Part shown: piece after piece, positions 26,480 to 36,178 of the stretch | Layout: each line of letters starts with the position of its first letter | Numbering within the stretch: the first letter of the stretch is position 1 | Assembly: GCA_001770175.1 (NCBI GenBank) | Contig: MEQK01000154.1 | Span: 778-64,777, forward strand | Direction of reading: 5' to 3' | Length of the DNA stretch: 64,000 nucleotides | Origin: Bdellovibrionales bacterium RIFOXYD1_FULL_55_31 | GTDB lineage: Bacteria; Bdellovibrionota; UBA1018 | Made by a program: the position numbers and the translations under genes | The notes under the pieces: generated by a model | Seen by the model: the letters and a program-made list of their open reading frames with translations, nothing else | Databases searched by the model: none | Told to the model about the DNA's origin: nothing

Positions 26480-28798
26480 TCAGAACCCGGCCACCTTTTG
26501 GTCCAGGAGTTCCTGCCAGTGAGCGCTCTCCGCTGCTTCGAAAAGGCCCCGTCGTCCGACATCGTGGCCTCCGGGCGCGGACAAATTCTGGCTTGCAAGG
26601 CGGTCGATCCTGAGAAAATCCTGATGAATGCAAAGCCGATCATCCAACGATTTTCTTTCCAGGCTCTTCTGGAGGGCATCAAAAGAAAGTTCCAGCTTCG
26701 CATCCGGCGAAAAGATCTTCGCCCCCTTGCAGATCGAGACATCCACGGCTTTCGGCCACTCCATTCCCGAGATCAAAGTCATGATGCAAAGCCGTGACAG
26801 CGTATGCCGGTTCGGACTGCGCGACCCCACGGCAACCGGTGGTTCGAGATTCCTGTCGGCGCTTTCCTTGAGATCCTCCATCGCCTTCGCCAAGCTATCG
26901 GAAAAAAAGTCGCGAAACCTGCTGAGCGTCGTCCCGGTCAACGCCTGGGCGCGGTCGAGATCAGAACGCACTTCTTCGGGGCCAAGTTTCGATTTTTGGA
27001 GTAGTAAATCGACGTCACGGCCGGCCATCAAAAGAATGTCCTCCACGGATTTGGGACCTTCGCCGCGGCGATAGCGCGTGGTGAGATCATTCCGAATCAG
27101 CATTTGCAAATGCGCCGGCAGGAAGACGTTCGTATTCTCGAGTTTGAATTTCGTATGAACCTCGTTGAGAATCTTCACAGCGCGATCCATCTGAGTCGCG
27201 TCCATGCGCTTCAGGTCAGAATTCACGGCACGTAAGTCCGTGCGCACCTGATTGATCAGGGTTTCATCCTGCTCTCGATAAGGCGGGGGAGAGAACGCGA
27301 AAATGTCAAAAAAATGATCCAAGCGGTCCAGCGCCAAAACAGCCGAAAGCCCGCCCGCGGTTTCAGACGAAGCCTCACGAACGATGCCCGGCGGATTCAG
27401 GTTCACTTTCTCGAGAAATTCGTTCAGCACGCCCTGGTGCCGTTCGCGCAGAAGTGAGCCGACCCGGTCGTTGATTCCGCTCACGAGCTCAGTGGAATAA
27501 GCCAGCTTGAAATTACCAATGAACTCTCGAATGCTCGTACCGGGCTCCACCTTTTCAGGAACCGGTAGTCCCGCGATTTGCGAGACAATCACGTAAGCAC
27601 TGTCGTTCTTAAACGGGCCGTCGCTATAGGGGTACGGAATGCCGTTCCCCTGATCCATATAGAGCGCTCCCAACATGATGTCCGCAAGGCCGTCCTTCAC
27701 TTTCCGGACACGATCTTCAGGCGTGAACTTCGGGTTTTTCAGGTCACGCTCGAGTTCGTTCAGAATGCCTTCGCAGTTTCGTTTCATCTGCAAAACCCGA
27801 TTCAGGCGTGAGAACTGGTAATTAGAATTGTCTGATTGCTGGCGGTTCGCTGAATTCGAACCGCCGACGACCTGATCGAGCCAGCGATACAAAACAGGCA
27901 GATCGCGATCAGCAAGTTCAATTCCGTAGAAAAACGGAATCGGTTCTCCGTCGCTCTGATTCCGATGAGCGAGATCGACCAGAATGTGGGAGTCCCGCGC
28001 CCTGCAGTAATCCCGGGTCAAAGCCTCAAGCCCGCAGGAAAGCGCGAGTGGCATCCGATCTTTGCGGGACTTGTAAAGTTGGCGCGCGGATGGGATCGAA
28101 GTGGCGGCCTGCACCCCGACCTTGAGGAGTTCAGAAACCGCCGCCACCGCCAACCCCACCATCGGAGTCGCGAAAGATCCGGCAATGAGCCCGACGTTCG
28201 CCGCGATATCAAAAGCCTTGGCAGGGTTATCGGTCAGACAGCCGCTCAGTTGAGCCGTACTCGAAAGAACCGAACTCGCATAACCGCTGAACCGTACCAA
28301 TCCCGAGGTGGACCTTGAGGCGTAGCTCGCGTGATCAACGTAGTTCAGCTGAGTGCGATTGTACGAGAGCTGATACCGTTCATTCGCGTAAAGCGAAAGC
28401 AACTGATCCCGAAGTCCCGGCGTCAGGTTCGGATCATCCAAAATGAGAAAAAGATCGTTCGTATTCTCTTCGGCGACCCTCTCACCGCGGTAGTAACCTT
28501 CGCGGGCGAGCGCCTCGTCCAGCGCGTTTTGAAGCGCAGCGCTCCCGCTCAAAGCCTGTTCAAGATTGCCGTTCACACTGTCTGTTTTAGGGTCCCTGCA
28601 ACTCGCCTTGTCGTTGAGAGATCTAAAAATCCCGGTCAAGCGGGCCGAACGCTCCAGCGCAACGCGAGACCAGTCTCCGGTGCTGCAGCCACTTTCGAAA
28701 GCGGTGATCATTTCGTCGACGACGGAAGGCTTCGTCCCGGTGGACGGGTCACATCCCAAAAATAGAACCGCGAAAGCGAATACAATACTCTTTTTCAT
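26480..28798 (-). CDS. Large orphan lipoprotein (772 aa)
   Basis: Signal peptide plus lipobox (VLFLG/C). Mostly helical with scattered Cys. No recognisable domain. Confidence 0.65.
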   Translation of the reverse strand: MKKSIVFAFAVLFLGCDPSTGTKPSVVDEMITAFESGCSTGDWSRVALERSARLTGIFRSLNDKASCRDPKTDSVNGNLEQALSGSAALQNALDEALAREGYYRGERVAEENTNDLFLILDDPNLTPGLRDQLLSLYANERYQLSYNRTQLNYVDHASYASRSTSGLVRFSGYASSVLSSTAQLSGCLTDNPAKAFDIAANVGLIAGSFATPMVGLAVAAVSELLKVGVQAATSIPSARQLYKSRKDRMPLALSCGLEALTRDYCRARDSHILVDLAHRNQSDGEPIPFFYGIELADRDLPVLYRWLDQVVGGSNSANRQQSDNSNYQFSRLNRVLQMKRNCEGILNELERDLKNPKFTPEDRVRKVKDGLADIMLGALYMDQGNGIPYPYSDGPFKNDSAYVIVSQIAGLPVPEKVEPGTSIREFIGNFKLAYSTELVSGINDRVGSLLRERHQGVLNEFLEKVNLNPPGIVREASSETAGGLSAVLALDRLDHFFDIFAFSPPPYREQDETLINQVRTDLRAVNSDLKRMDATQMDRAVKILNEVHTKFKLENTNVFLPAHLQMLIRNDLTTRYRRGEGPKSVEDILLMAGRDVDLLLQKSKLGPEEVRSDLDRAQALTGTTLSRFRDFFSDSLAKAMEDLKESADRNLEPPVAVGSRSPNRHTLSRLCIMTLISGMEWPKAVDVSICKGAKIFSPDAKLELSFDALQKSLERKSLDDRLCIHQDFLRIDRLASQNLSAPGGHDVGRRGLFEAAESAHWQELLDQKVAGF

Positions 28799-28917
28799 AA
28801 TACCCCGTATCGACGTTATGTCTCAAAGGGGTATTCAAGCGGCTCCGGGAAGTCAAGCGGGCAGCCCTTCGCGAAAGCCCGATATGCGCGCGGCGTTATG
28901 TTAGCGATATCGCTGGC

Positions 28918-29664
28918 CTACGCCGCCGATTCTTTGACCGCAGTCTTCTTCGTGAGCATCAAATCGCTCAACCAAGAGCGGATGGTTTCGAGGTGTACCT
29001 TTTCCTCATCATAAGCGCCGCGAAACGAAGCGGCGATTTCCTTGAGTTCCATCTCCTCGGCTACACGAATCAGCATGTCCCAACTTTCGAAATCCGCGAG
29101 CTCAGCGATAAGAATCGCTTCGAAGCTTTGCAAAACCGAAGTCCTCGGATCACTGACGACTTTTAGGATGCCACCCGAAGCGACCGCTGCTGCGTCGGCT
29201 GCCGGAGTCTGCGCCGTCGGATCGGCTCCCAGGGACATCAACGCATCGCGAACGAGCCCGAAATGCCGAAGCTCCTGATCTCGAAAACGCTCCAGAGTCG
29301 CGACCGGAATTCCGGCTCGATCGCTGTCCAATACCCGGCACTTCTGAACAATCGCTTCGTACAGCCTCGTCCCCGTACGCTCGAAGGCGAGCCTCTCGCC
29401 GAGTTTGTCGATCAGCAATTCAGGCCGGTTCCCCGCCAACTTCTCCAGAATGGTGCTCACCCCACCTTTAATCGTGCCGGGAACCGGGAGAGTGCCGAGC
29501 GGTTTCGCATTCATGATGTAACTCGCGCGAATCTTCCCGATCTCCTCGTCACCGTCCAGGGATGTGGGAGTAGAATTCAGGGCCGCTCCGATGATATCCT
29601 TGCTGTCGATGGGTGAAGAGTCAACGCCCGTGCGGTTCAAACCCATTTCAGTCAATTTTTTCAT
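28918..29664 (-). CDS. Ferritin-like diiron-carboxylate protein
   Basis: Canonical E / ExxH / E / ExxH set: LAFERTG, DQELRHF, IAELADFE, DEEKVHLE. Confidence 0.6.
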   Translation of the reverse strand: MKKLTEMGLNRTGVDSSPIDSKDIIGAALNSTPTSLDGDEEIGKIRASYIMNAKPLGTLPVPGTIKGGVSTILEKLAGNRPELLIDKLGERLAFERTGTRLYEAIVQKCRVLDSDRAGIPVATLERFRDQELRHFGLVRDALMSLGADPTAQTPAADAAAVASGGILKVVSDPRTSVLQSFEAILIAELADFESWDMLIRVAEEMELKEIAASFRGAYDEEKVHLETIRSWLSDLMLTKKTAVKESAA

Positions 29665-29683
29665 TTGAAGGCTCCTTTGCGTC

Positions 29684-30847
29684 CTAAGCGATTTTTTGAT
29701 TAAGTTCAGTTCCGGGAATCCAGCGATACCCCGCCGCGACGGCCTGACTGGGCGAGCCTTCCCTGTTGACCTGATTTCGGTATGCGATCGATTCCGAGCT
29801 CTCGTCTTCGCGCTTTACGATATCCATTCCATTTGTCCGAAGATCGGCTTCGGCGTCCAGAACGGAGCGGATATACGAACGATGATTGGCGAAGGTCAGG
29901 AGCTCAGGAAGTTTTTCAGGAAGCACTTCCTCGGGATCACGCTTTTCGATCGTTTTGAAAAGTTCCATGACATAATGCAAGTGGCCCAATTCATATTCAT
30001 GAAACCTCTCCCAGATCTTCTTCAGGCGAGGATCTGATTCCGACTCAAGACAACTTCGATAAGTGTAAACCTCGGTAGCCTCGTGAAGCAGCCATTTTTC
30101 GAGAACGGTTTCGTCCGGGTCCATCAGGGACTCATATTGCGTGACATGCTGTTCTTCGATCGACGCGATCTCGGCGTAGAGCTGGCGGGCCACGGGGTCG
30201 GAGAACAATGGCCCGACATTCAAATAGTAATTCTCGGTCTGCTGCTCGGCGGCCGTGATCAGGCAGACATTGATTTTGCTGATCGGGGCGGCCTTTCTTC
30301 TGTCATACGGCCTGCGAAGATTGTCCAAAGCGGCCCGATGCTCCTCAATCGTTGGACGTCCCGGTAAAATGTCGGTGTAGCTCTGAAGAATATTGTTCGC
30401 GTCTTTTCCCTCGAGTCGGTCCAGTAGCGCCGAATATCGGTAGAGATGGTCGAAATCCTCGAGGAGGCCGAACCGGTAAACCTGCGCAAGGTAGGGATCG
30501 GGTTCGTTCTGAGCGATCGAGGCCGTGACCTCCACCGCGACCTGCTCATATCCGATCGTCGTTTCAAGCGGCGATTGATCAGGCGGCAGCATCCAATTGA
30601 CCGCTTTCTGCTGATGCTGCTCAACTTGCCTGACTCGCGCGAGATGAGGCCGAAGGTCACGACTGGCCCGGGCCAGCATGTGCTGGAACATGACGGACTC
30701 GAACTCAATCCCGTTCATGAGAATGCTTCGAACCCGCGAAAATGCATCATCGTTTAATTTACTGAACGGCTGCTGGACGATCTCCCTCCAGGTGAACTGC
30801 TGCTTTTCGAGAGACTGACCCCGTGATTCAAAAAATTTCGATGCCAT
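29684..30847 (-). CDS. Ferritin-like/diiron-type protein (larger paralogue-like partner)
   Basis: Helical protein with DxxH/ExxH motifs (LEDFDHLY, IEEQHVTQYE, YELGHLHY). 19-nt gap to the downstream ferritin-like gene. Confidence 0.5.
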   Translation of the reverse strand: MASKFFESRGQSLEKQQFTWREIVQQPFSKLNDDAFSRVRSILMNGIEFESVMFQHMLARASRDLRPHLARVRQVEQHQQKAVNWMLPPDQSPLETTIGYEQVAVEVTASIAQNEPDPYLAQVYRFGLLEDFDHLYRYSALLDRLEGKDANNILQSYTDILPGRPTIEEHRAALDNLRRPYDRRKAAPISKINVCLITAAEQQTENYYLNVGPLFSDPVARQLYAEIASIEEQHVTQYESLMDPDETVLEKWLLHEATEVYTYRSCLESESDPRLKKIWERFHEYELGHLHYVMELFKTIEKRDPEEVLPEKLPELLTFANHRSYIRSVLDAEADLRTNGMDIVKREDESSESIAYRNQVNREGSPSQAVAAGYRWIPGTELNQKIA

Positions 30848-30948
30848 ACGTTTGATTGCTCCATGTGAGTTGATGAAAACCTAAACTCAGAATGCAACGG
30901 TCGTGCTGGCGCACCAGGCCCTTCGCAACTGAGAGAATCTTTAGAGAG

Positions 30949-30977
30949 TTGACATTCGTGCCGCGAGACCATAGCAT
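30949..30977 (+). promoter_or_regulatory. Sigma-70-like promoter for the riboswitch-btuB unit
   Basis: TTGACA (30949-54), 17-nt spacer, TAGCAT (30972-77). Confidence 0.4.
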
Positions 30978-30979
30978 CG

Positions 30980-31177
30980 CGCCACGAATCACGGAGAGCT
31001 GAAGCCCGGTGAAATTCCGGCACTGTCCCGCAACGGTAATTGAGCGACTTCGCTCATCAGTCCGAACGCCCCGCGAGATTCGATGCGCAAGACGCAACGG
31101 CGCCGGCAACTTTTTTTCGCCGGAGAACGCCAACCCCCGGCCAACCCCCGCCAACCCCCGAAGGAGGGGTGAACGAA
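30980..31177 (+). promoter_or_regulatory. Cobalamin (B12) riboswitch with expression platform
   Basis: The core GAAGCCCGGTGAAATTCCGGCACTGTCCCGCAACGGTAA matches the conserved cobalamin aptamer core. It is followed by a small hairpin (TGAGCG-ACTT-CGCTCA) and a B12-box-like CAGTCCGAACGCC. It sits directly upstream of a TonB-dependent receptor. Confidence 0.8.
31130..31160 (+). repeat. Three tandem CCAACCCCCG(G) units abutting the btuB SD
   Basis: CCAACCCCCGG CCAACCCCCG CCAACCCCCG, immediately followed by AAGGAGGGGTGAACGAAATG. Confidence 0.9.
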
Positions 31178-33037
31178 ATGACTCTTTTTATATTCTTCCT
31201 TTTCACATCGCAGATCACCTCCGTTACCGCAGCCTCGGGGGTTGACATCATCGTAACCGCGACGCGCCTCGAGACACCGGCTGAACAAACGGGCTCTTCC
31301 GCCACGATCATCAGCAAAGAAGAGCTTAGCCGGCGCCCGGGTGAAAAAGTCGCGGATCTTCTGCGAACCCGAACCGGTCTAACGGTCAATCGTGCAGGTG
31401 GCCCGGGATCGGCGACATCACTTTCCATTCGAGGCGCGAATTCGGAACATACGCTGGTCCTGATCGACGGGGTAAAGGTGAATGACCCCCTCAGTCCGAC
31501 CCGAAGTTTTGATTTTGGAAATCTCCCGATCGAGGGAATCGAGCGGATCGAAATCATCAGGGGCTCCGAGAGTGTTCTTTACGGCTCCGACGCAATCGGT
31601 GGAATCGTCCACATCATCACGAAGAGGGGCGGACGCACTCCCTCCCGTGTTCTCGGTTTTGGATACGGTACCTACCGGACCTTCGAGACCTGGACGAGTG
31701 TGAAAGGTGGAGAAGCCGAAGCTGACTATGCCTTGAACGCGCAACTTGAAACATCAAGGGGTTTCTCGAACACCGGTCGGGAGCTGACGGGAGCCGAAGC
31801 TGACGGAAGAACCTCGGCAAGTTTTTCCGGGCACGCGGGGTTCCAGGCGGCTGAAGAGACCCCCTTCACCTTCGACATCCGATACTCAAAAGCGCGAAAC
31901 GACAATGACTTTTCCGGCGGGCCGGGAGGCGATGATCCGGATTTTCTCAGCACCGAGCAGACTTTCTCAGGCAGGCTCCAGGCTCGTGCAACGCGCAGTC
32001 AGGACTGGGAGCCCCTTCTGGGCTTATCGTATTTGAACATGGTGCGAACGGCGGACAAGACCCCGAACTCAAGTCATCCTGAAGCTGTTCACACCCGACA
32101 TGACAGCGCTCGCTCCAAAATCGATCTGCAGAATAATTTTTTCGTCGGCGGCGCGGGCACGATCAGCCTCGGAATCGAAGCCGAGAGGGAAACGGGACTC
32201 TCTCGTGAGGATCTGGGCACGGGCCTCGCGGAGGGTTTACGGCAGTCCTCGACCACTGTCGGCCTCTTCGTTCAGTACCAACACCTCTCACCCACATTCT
32301 TTTATACCGCCGGAGTTCGTCGTGACGTTCACGACCGCTTCGGCCCCTACGCGACTTACCGGATTGCCCCTGGAGTCGCGCTCAGCCACTCAATGACGCT
32401 TCGGAGTTCATATGGCACCGGATTCAAAGCACCCTCTCTTTACCAGCTCTATTCGGCTTTCGGAGATCCCGCTTTACGTCCCGAACTGAGCACGACCTTC
32501 GATCTCGGTCTCGAACAGCGGTTCGCGGACGGAGCCGCGCTCGTCCGTATGAGCTATTTCAAAACCAAGTTGAACGACCTCATTGTTTTTGAAAATTCGA
32601 AACCGGGTTATCAGAATGTGGGAAAATCGGAGAGTCAGGGCTTGGAAACTGAAATCAGTTCCGATCTACTTTCGACTCTTCGCGCGACCTTGGAATACAC
32701 AGTGATGCGCGCGATGGATGAAAACTCCGGCCTCGAACTCCTGCGACGCCCCCGACATCAGGCGGCGTTCACCCTTTCGAGCCACCTTGGACGCGCCTGG
32801 AGCTTTGATACAGCGATCCGGATGATCAGCCGCCGCCTGGACCTCGATGCACAGACCTGGTCACGAAAATCGACGCCAGGTTATGCTGTCGCAAACCTGA
32901 GCTTGTCCTATGCGGTCGGCGTCAAGTCCCGGCTGTCATCAAGAATCGAGAATATCTTCGATCGCGAGTACCAGGAAGTCGACGGCTACTCCACTCCGGG
33001 TCGAACTCTCTTCATTTCTTTTCAGCAGGAGTTTTGA
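31178..33037 (+). CDS. btuB: TonB-dependent receptor, vitamin B12 transporter-like
   Basis: ORF 31040..33037; start moved to ATG 31178 after GAAGGAGGGG. Signal peptide, TonB box (DIIVTATR), plug and barrel blocks, and a terminal Phe (SFQQEF). Preceded by a cobalamin riboswitch. Confidence 0.9.
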   Translation: MTLFIFFLFTSQITSVTAASGVDIIVTATRLETPAEQTGSSATIISKEELSRRPGEKVADLLRTRTGLTVNRAGGPGSATSLSIRGANSEHTLVLIDGVKVNDPLSPTRSFDFGNLPIEGIERIEIIRGSESVLYGSDAIGGIVHIITKRGGRTPSRVLGFGYGTYRTFETWTSVKGGEAEADYALNAQLETSRGFSNTGRELTGAEADGRTSASFSGHAGFQAAEETPFTFDIRYSKARNDNDFSGGPGGDDPDFLSTEQTFSGRLQARATRSQDWEPLLGLSYLNMVRTADKTPNSSHPEAVHTRHDSARSKIDLQNNFFVGGAGTISLGIEAERETGLSREDLGTGLAEGLRQSSTTVGLFVQYQHLSPTFFYTAGVRRDVHDRFGPYATYRIAPGVALSHSMTLRSSYGTGFKAPSLYQLYSAFGDPALRPELSTTFDLGLEQRFADGAALVRMSYFKTKLNDLIVFENSKPGYQNVGKSESQGLETEISSDLLSTLRATLEYTVMRAMDENSGLELLRRPRHQAAFTLSSHLGRAWSFDTAIRMISRRLDLDAQTWSRKSTPGYAVANLSLSYAVGVKSRLSSRIENIFDREYQEVDGYSTPGRTLFISFQQEF

Positions 33038-33627
33038 TGAAAGGCCCCCTGCCGCTCATCAGCTCTGTCGGTCTTTCTCTCGTGTCGCATCTCGGTTTCA
33101 TTGCAATTTCGCTGCTACTTACGATCAAAGACTCGGATTTCATCGCGCACACGACAAAGTCAGCGCATTCACGGCACTTCAATGACGCTTCTGAAATGGA
33201 GGTTTTTCTGCCGCTCGTCAGCTCGCACGCCAAACAGCGATCCCGCTTGACCTCGAGACAAAGAAAGCGAGCCGAATCTCCGCCCGCTTCCGAGCAAATG
33301 CTATCCGGAGCGGGCACAACGGCAGACGTTTGGATGATAGGCCCCCCGCGGCCTGAGTATCCCGAGATTTCGCGACGACGAGAGGAAGAAGGCCGCGTCA
33401 CTGTTTCAGTTCTGATCGGAAAGGATGGAACGGCTACCGAGGTAACGTTGTCAGGATCAAGTGGTTACTCACGCCTGGATGAAGCAACCGTGAACTTTTT
33501 CCGGAAAGCCAAATTCGGGTTTCGTTATCCGATCCCGACTCCTCTGCAAAAAAATTTTTCAGTACTTTTCAAGCTGGATTCAGCGGAATTAGCCGATCAA
33601 CGGCCCTTGCGCTCGGGAGTGTTTTGA
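33034..33627 (+). CDS. TonB family energy transducer (C-terminal domain protein)
   Basis: ATGA overlap with btuB. N-terminal TM and a TonB_C block (PEYPEISRRREEEGRVTVSVLIGKDGTATEVTLSGSSGYSRLDEATVNFFRKAKF). Confidence 0.8.
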   Translation: MMKGPLPLISSVGLSLVSHLGFIAISLLLTIKDSDFIAHTTKSAHSRHFNDASEMEVFLPLVSSHAKQRSRLTSRQRKRAESPPASEQMLSGAGTTADVWMIGPPRPEYPEISRRREEEGRVTVSVLIGKDGTATEVTLSGSSGYSRLDEATVNFFRKAKFGFRYPIPTPLQKNFSVLFKLDSAELADQRPLRSGVF

Positions 33628-33773
33628 GTGTCTTTTTCGCACTTCCGGCAAAGGTGGACTTCCATTGTCTGCCAGGAATGCCAATCGCCTTCCTTTGAGG
33701 GAAAAAGCTCACGACAGCGGAAACACTTGAACTGCCCCGAGCGCGGCTTTGTGGTTGGCGGATTCTTGCTCAT
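33597..33773 (-). CDS. Small Zn-ribbon protein candidate (58 aa)
   Basis: ORF 33597..33845 (GTG); internal ATG at 33773. Contains CFRC...(21 aa)...CRKC. No clear SD. Its 3' end overlaps the tonB 3' end by 31 nt. Confidence 0.35.
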   Translation of the reverse strand: MSKNPPTTKPRSGQFKCFRCRELFPSKEGDWHSWQTMEVHLCRKCEKDTQNTPERKGR

Positions 33774-33855
33774 GTAAGAAAATGGCTGTGAAATATCGAT
33801 CTCCTTATGATGAGGGGGATGATCCGCTCGGAACCATCCCCTCACTCAAGATGAA

Positions 33856-34182
33856 TTAGTAACGGTTACGACCGCCGCCGCCGAATCCGGCGTTCGACCT
33901 GCCGCCACCGAATCCGCCGCGGGTTTCGCGCGGAACCATCGGCTTCGCTTCGTTGACGGTCATCGGGCGGCCTTCGTAGTCCGCTCCGTTGAATTTCTTG
34001 ATCGCGTCCTGAGCTTCGGCTTCGCTCGACATTTCGACGAATCCAAAACCTTTGCTACGGCCCGAATCACGATCAGTGATGATCTTTACCGATTCCACTT
34101 TTCCGCATTGCGTGAAAGTGTCGGTGAGCACCTGTTCGGTCGCGGAAAACGGAAGATTACCAATATACAATTTTTTACCCAT
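33856..34182 (-). CDS. RRM-type RNA-binding protein with Gly/Arg-rich tail
   Basis: RNP-2 (LYIGNL), RNP-1 (KGFGFVEM), a C-terminal RGGFGGGRSNAGFGGGGRNRY tail, and SD AAAGGAGGT. Confidence 0.9.
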   Translation of the reverse strand: MGKKLYIGNLPFSATEQVLTDTFTQCGKVESVKIITDRDSGRSKGFGFVEMSSEAEAQDAIKKFNGADYEGRPMTVNEAKPMVPRETRGGFGGGRSNAGFGGGGRNRY

Positions 34183-34385
34183 AAATACCTCCTTTAAGGC
34201 TGGGAGCCGCTAAAGAGGATATGGGCCCGATTGCCCGCAGACTCTGTAGACGGAAACTTACTCAGCCGGCACGGTAACACGGACCAGACTAAATAGATAG
34301 GTTAATCTCCCGGCGCCAGGTCGCTTGCCGCCGGGTCTTTAGTCGGCATTAGCGTGACGGAACTCGCACCCAGGACGAGATAATC

Positions 34386-36068
34386 TTAAGCCGCATCGGC
34401 CTGCTTCGCCCAGACAGGCAGACGGATAACGAACGTCGTGTGACCTTCTGCATGATCGATGTCGATTCGCCCCCCGTAGCGTTCTATGATCCTTCTCGAA
34501 ATGCTGAGCCCAAGACCGGTTCCGGCCCCGGGAGGTTTCGTCGTGAAGAACGGTTCGAAGATTTTTTCGCGGAGTTCCTCTGGAACACCGGGACCACTGT
34601 CCGTGATCTCAACCTGGATTTGCTCACCCGACGACCGGACACCCAATTTGACCCATTTCTCGTTCTGATTTTTCGCAGCTTCGACGGCATTACCCAAAAG
34701 GTTAACGAGGACCTGCGAAATTTCTATGGGCCGACATCGGATCACGATCGAATTATCAATCGGTTCGAGCTTCATCTGCACTCCATTGCTCCGGAGCGCG
34801 GGCTGGATTAAATTCAGGGAATCATCGATGACTTCCGCCAATCTCACCTGCGTAAGGGGCTCGTCGGCTGTCTTGCGCGAAAATTTGGTAAGCCCCTGCA
34901 CGATTTTGTCGATACGAGCACACGAAGCTGCGGCGCGATCGAGGAGCGTCCGAGTCTTCTCGTCCGCGAGGCGCGCCTCGTTGCAACCCAAGTTCTTGTT
35001 CATTAAATCAAGAGCTGTTTTGACAACGGTGATCGGGTTTTTGATTTCATGCGCTATGCCGGCCGTGAACTCACCGATCGCCGCCAGTTTGCCCGTCATC
35101 TCGCTCTTGATTCTCTGCTGCTCGAGTTCCCATTGTGCTTCCTTCAGATCCTGTATGTCGATTCCTACGATGTAACAATCCGAGTTCACCTTGCGCATGA
35201 CAAGAAAATGTCGACGGCGCATACCGCAAAGCATGATCGGTATCTCTCGAGAAGTCGTCTCGACGTCAGATGCCATGAATTCCCGGATGACTCCTAAGAG
35301 GTCGCGGTCACCATTGCGTACATCCAGCTTCTCGCCAGCCAAATCGTCCGGCTGCGCGCCGAAGTTAGCGGCGTAATTCTTGTTCACACCGCGGCAGACG
35401 AGGTCACGGTTGATCCAGAGCACCGGCCCCGGAATCGAATCAAGCACAGCCTGAAGCCGTTGTTTCTCGTCCCGGAGATGCCTCTGGTAGTGAAGCCCGT
35501 TCCAGTAAACCCCGCTTTGAATCTTCAACTGAAACCACAAAAAACCGTAATAGCTGAGGAAAATCAAAGCACACGAAAGGGATTCGCGATTCATCATCAG
35601 CAGCAACTTGACGAAGGGGATCCCGAGAACAAGTCCCGCAAAGATGCGACCAAGACTCTGCCAAGGGGCGACCGACGTGGTCACCGCCGCGGAAATCCCG
35701 CTGGCAATCAGGATCAATATCGCAACCTGGTAATCCGCGAACCCGTGTCTGTGAATGGCCAGAGCGAGAAGACTGCCCCAGGAGGCGGCTGGAACTATCA
35801 CCGTGATCGAAAACAGCCTTTTCCAGCACCGCCTGTGTTCCGGGTAATAACGCGCTTGCGAGTAGGCCAGATGAAATCGCGCCATGTTGAACAAAAATAT
35901 CAAGCCGCCCAAAATCAACTCGGAATGCCAGGGTTCAATATCCTGAAACCGGGTGGCGTAGATAAAGATGAAAAGCAAGGTAATCTGCCCGAGACTTGCC
36001 GAAAGTGCTCGCCTGCCAAGGTCGAATTCGGCTCCGATTTCGAGACCGATCGCCGGCTCATTCTTCAT
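34386..36068 (-). CDS. Membrane PAS sensor histidine kinase
   Basis: ORF 34386..36242; start moved to ATG 36068 (MKNEPA). Multi-TM N-domain, PAS-like region, H-box ([13 protein letters not shown]), and N/G boxes ([24 protein letters not shown]). Confidence 0.85.
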   Translation of the reverse strand: MKNEPAIGLEIGAEFDLGRRALSASLGQITLLFIFIYATRFQDIEPWHSELILGGLIFLFNMARFHLAYSQARYYPEHRRCWKRLFSITVIVPAASWGSLLALAIHRHGFADYQVAILILIASGISAAVTTSVAPWQSLGRIFAGLVLGIPFVKLLLMMNRESLSCALIFLSYYGFLWFQLKIQSGVYWNGLHYQRHLRDEKQRLQAVLDSIPGPVLWINRDLVCRGVNKNYAANFGAQPDDLAGEKLDVRNGDRDLLGVIREFMASDVETTSREIPIMLCGMRRRHFLVMRKVNSDCYIVGIDIQDLKEAQWELEQQRIKSEMTGKLAAIGEFTAGIAHEIKNPITVVKTALDLMNKNLGCNEARLADEKTRTLLDRAAASCARIDKIVQGLTKFSRKTADEPLTQVRLAEVIDDSLNLIQPALRSNGVQMKLEPIDNSIVIRCRPIEISQVLVNLLGNAVEAAKNQNEKWVKLGVRSSGEQIQVEITDSGPGVPEELREKIFEPFFTTKPPGAGTGLGLSISRRIIERYGGRIDIDHAEGHTTFVIRLPVWAKQADAA

Positions 36069-36178
36069 AGAATAATCATTTGCAACTACCCGGCCCGCGC
36101 TGCCCCGTGCCGGACCGGCGTGACCCGAATGTCCGGGTGGCAATTCAGAAAAAAAGTCTGTATTCTCGCGGTCAGCCA

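Noticed and set aside
31091-31125. Intrinsic terminator in the riboswitch expression platform (T7 run at 31111-31117)
   Set aside because: The sequence before the T-run (GCAACGGCGCCGGCAAC) is a direct repeat, not an inverted one. The only hairpin (CCGGC...GCCGG) puts the T-run in its loop. Transcription attenuation is therefore unsupported, and translational control is favoured.
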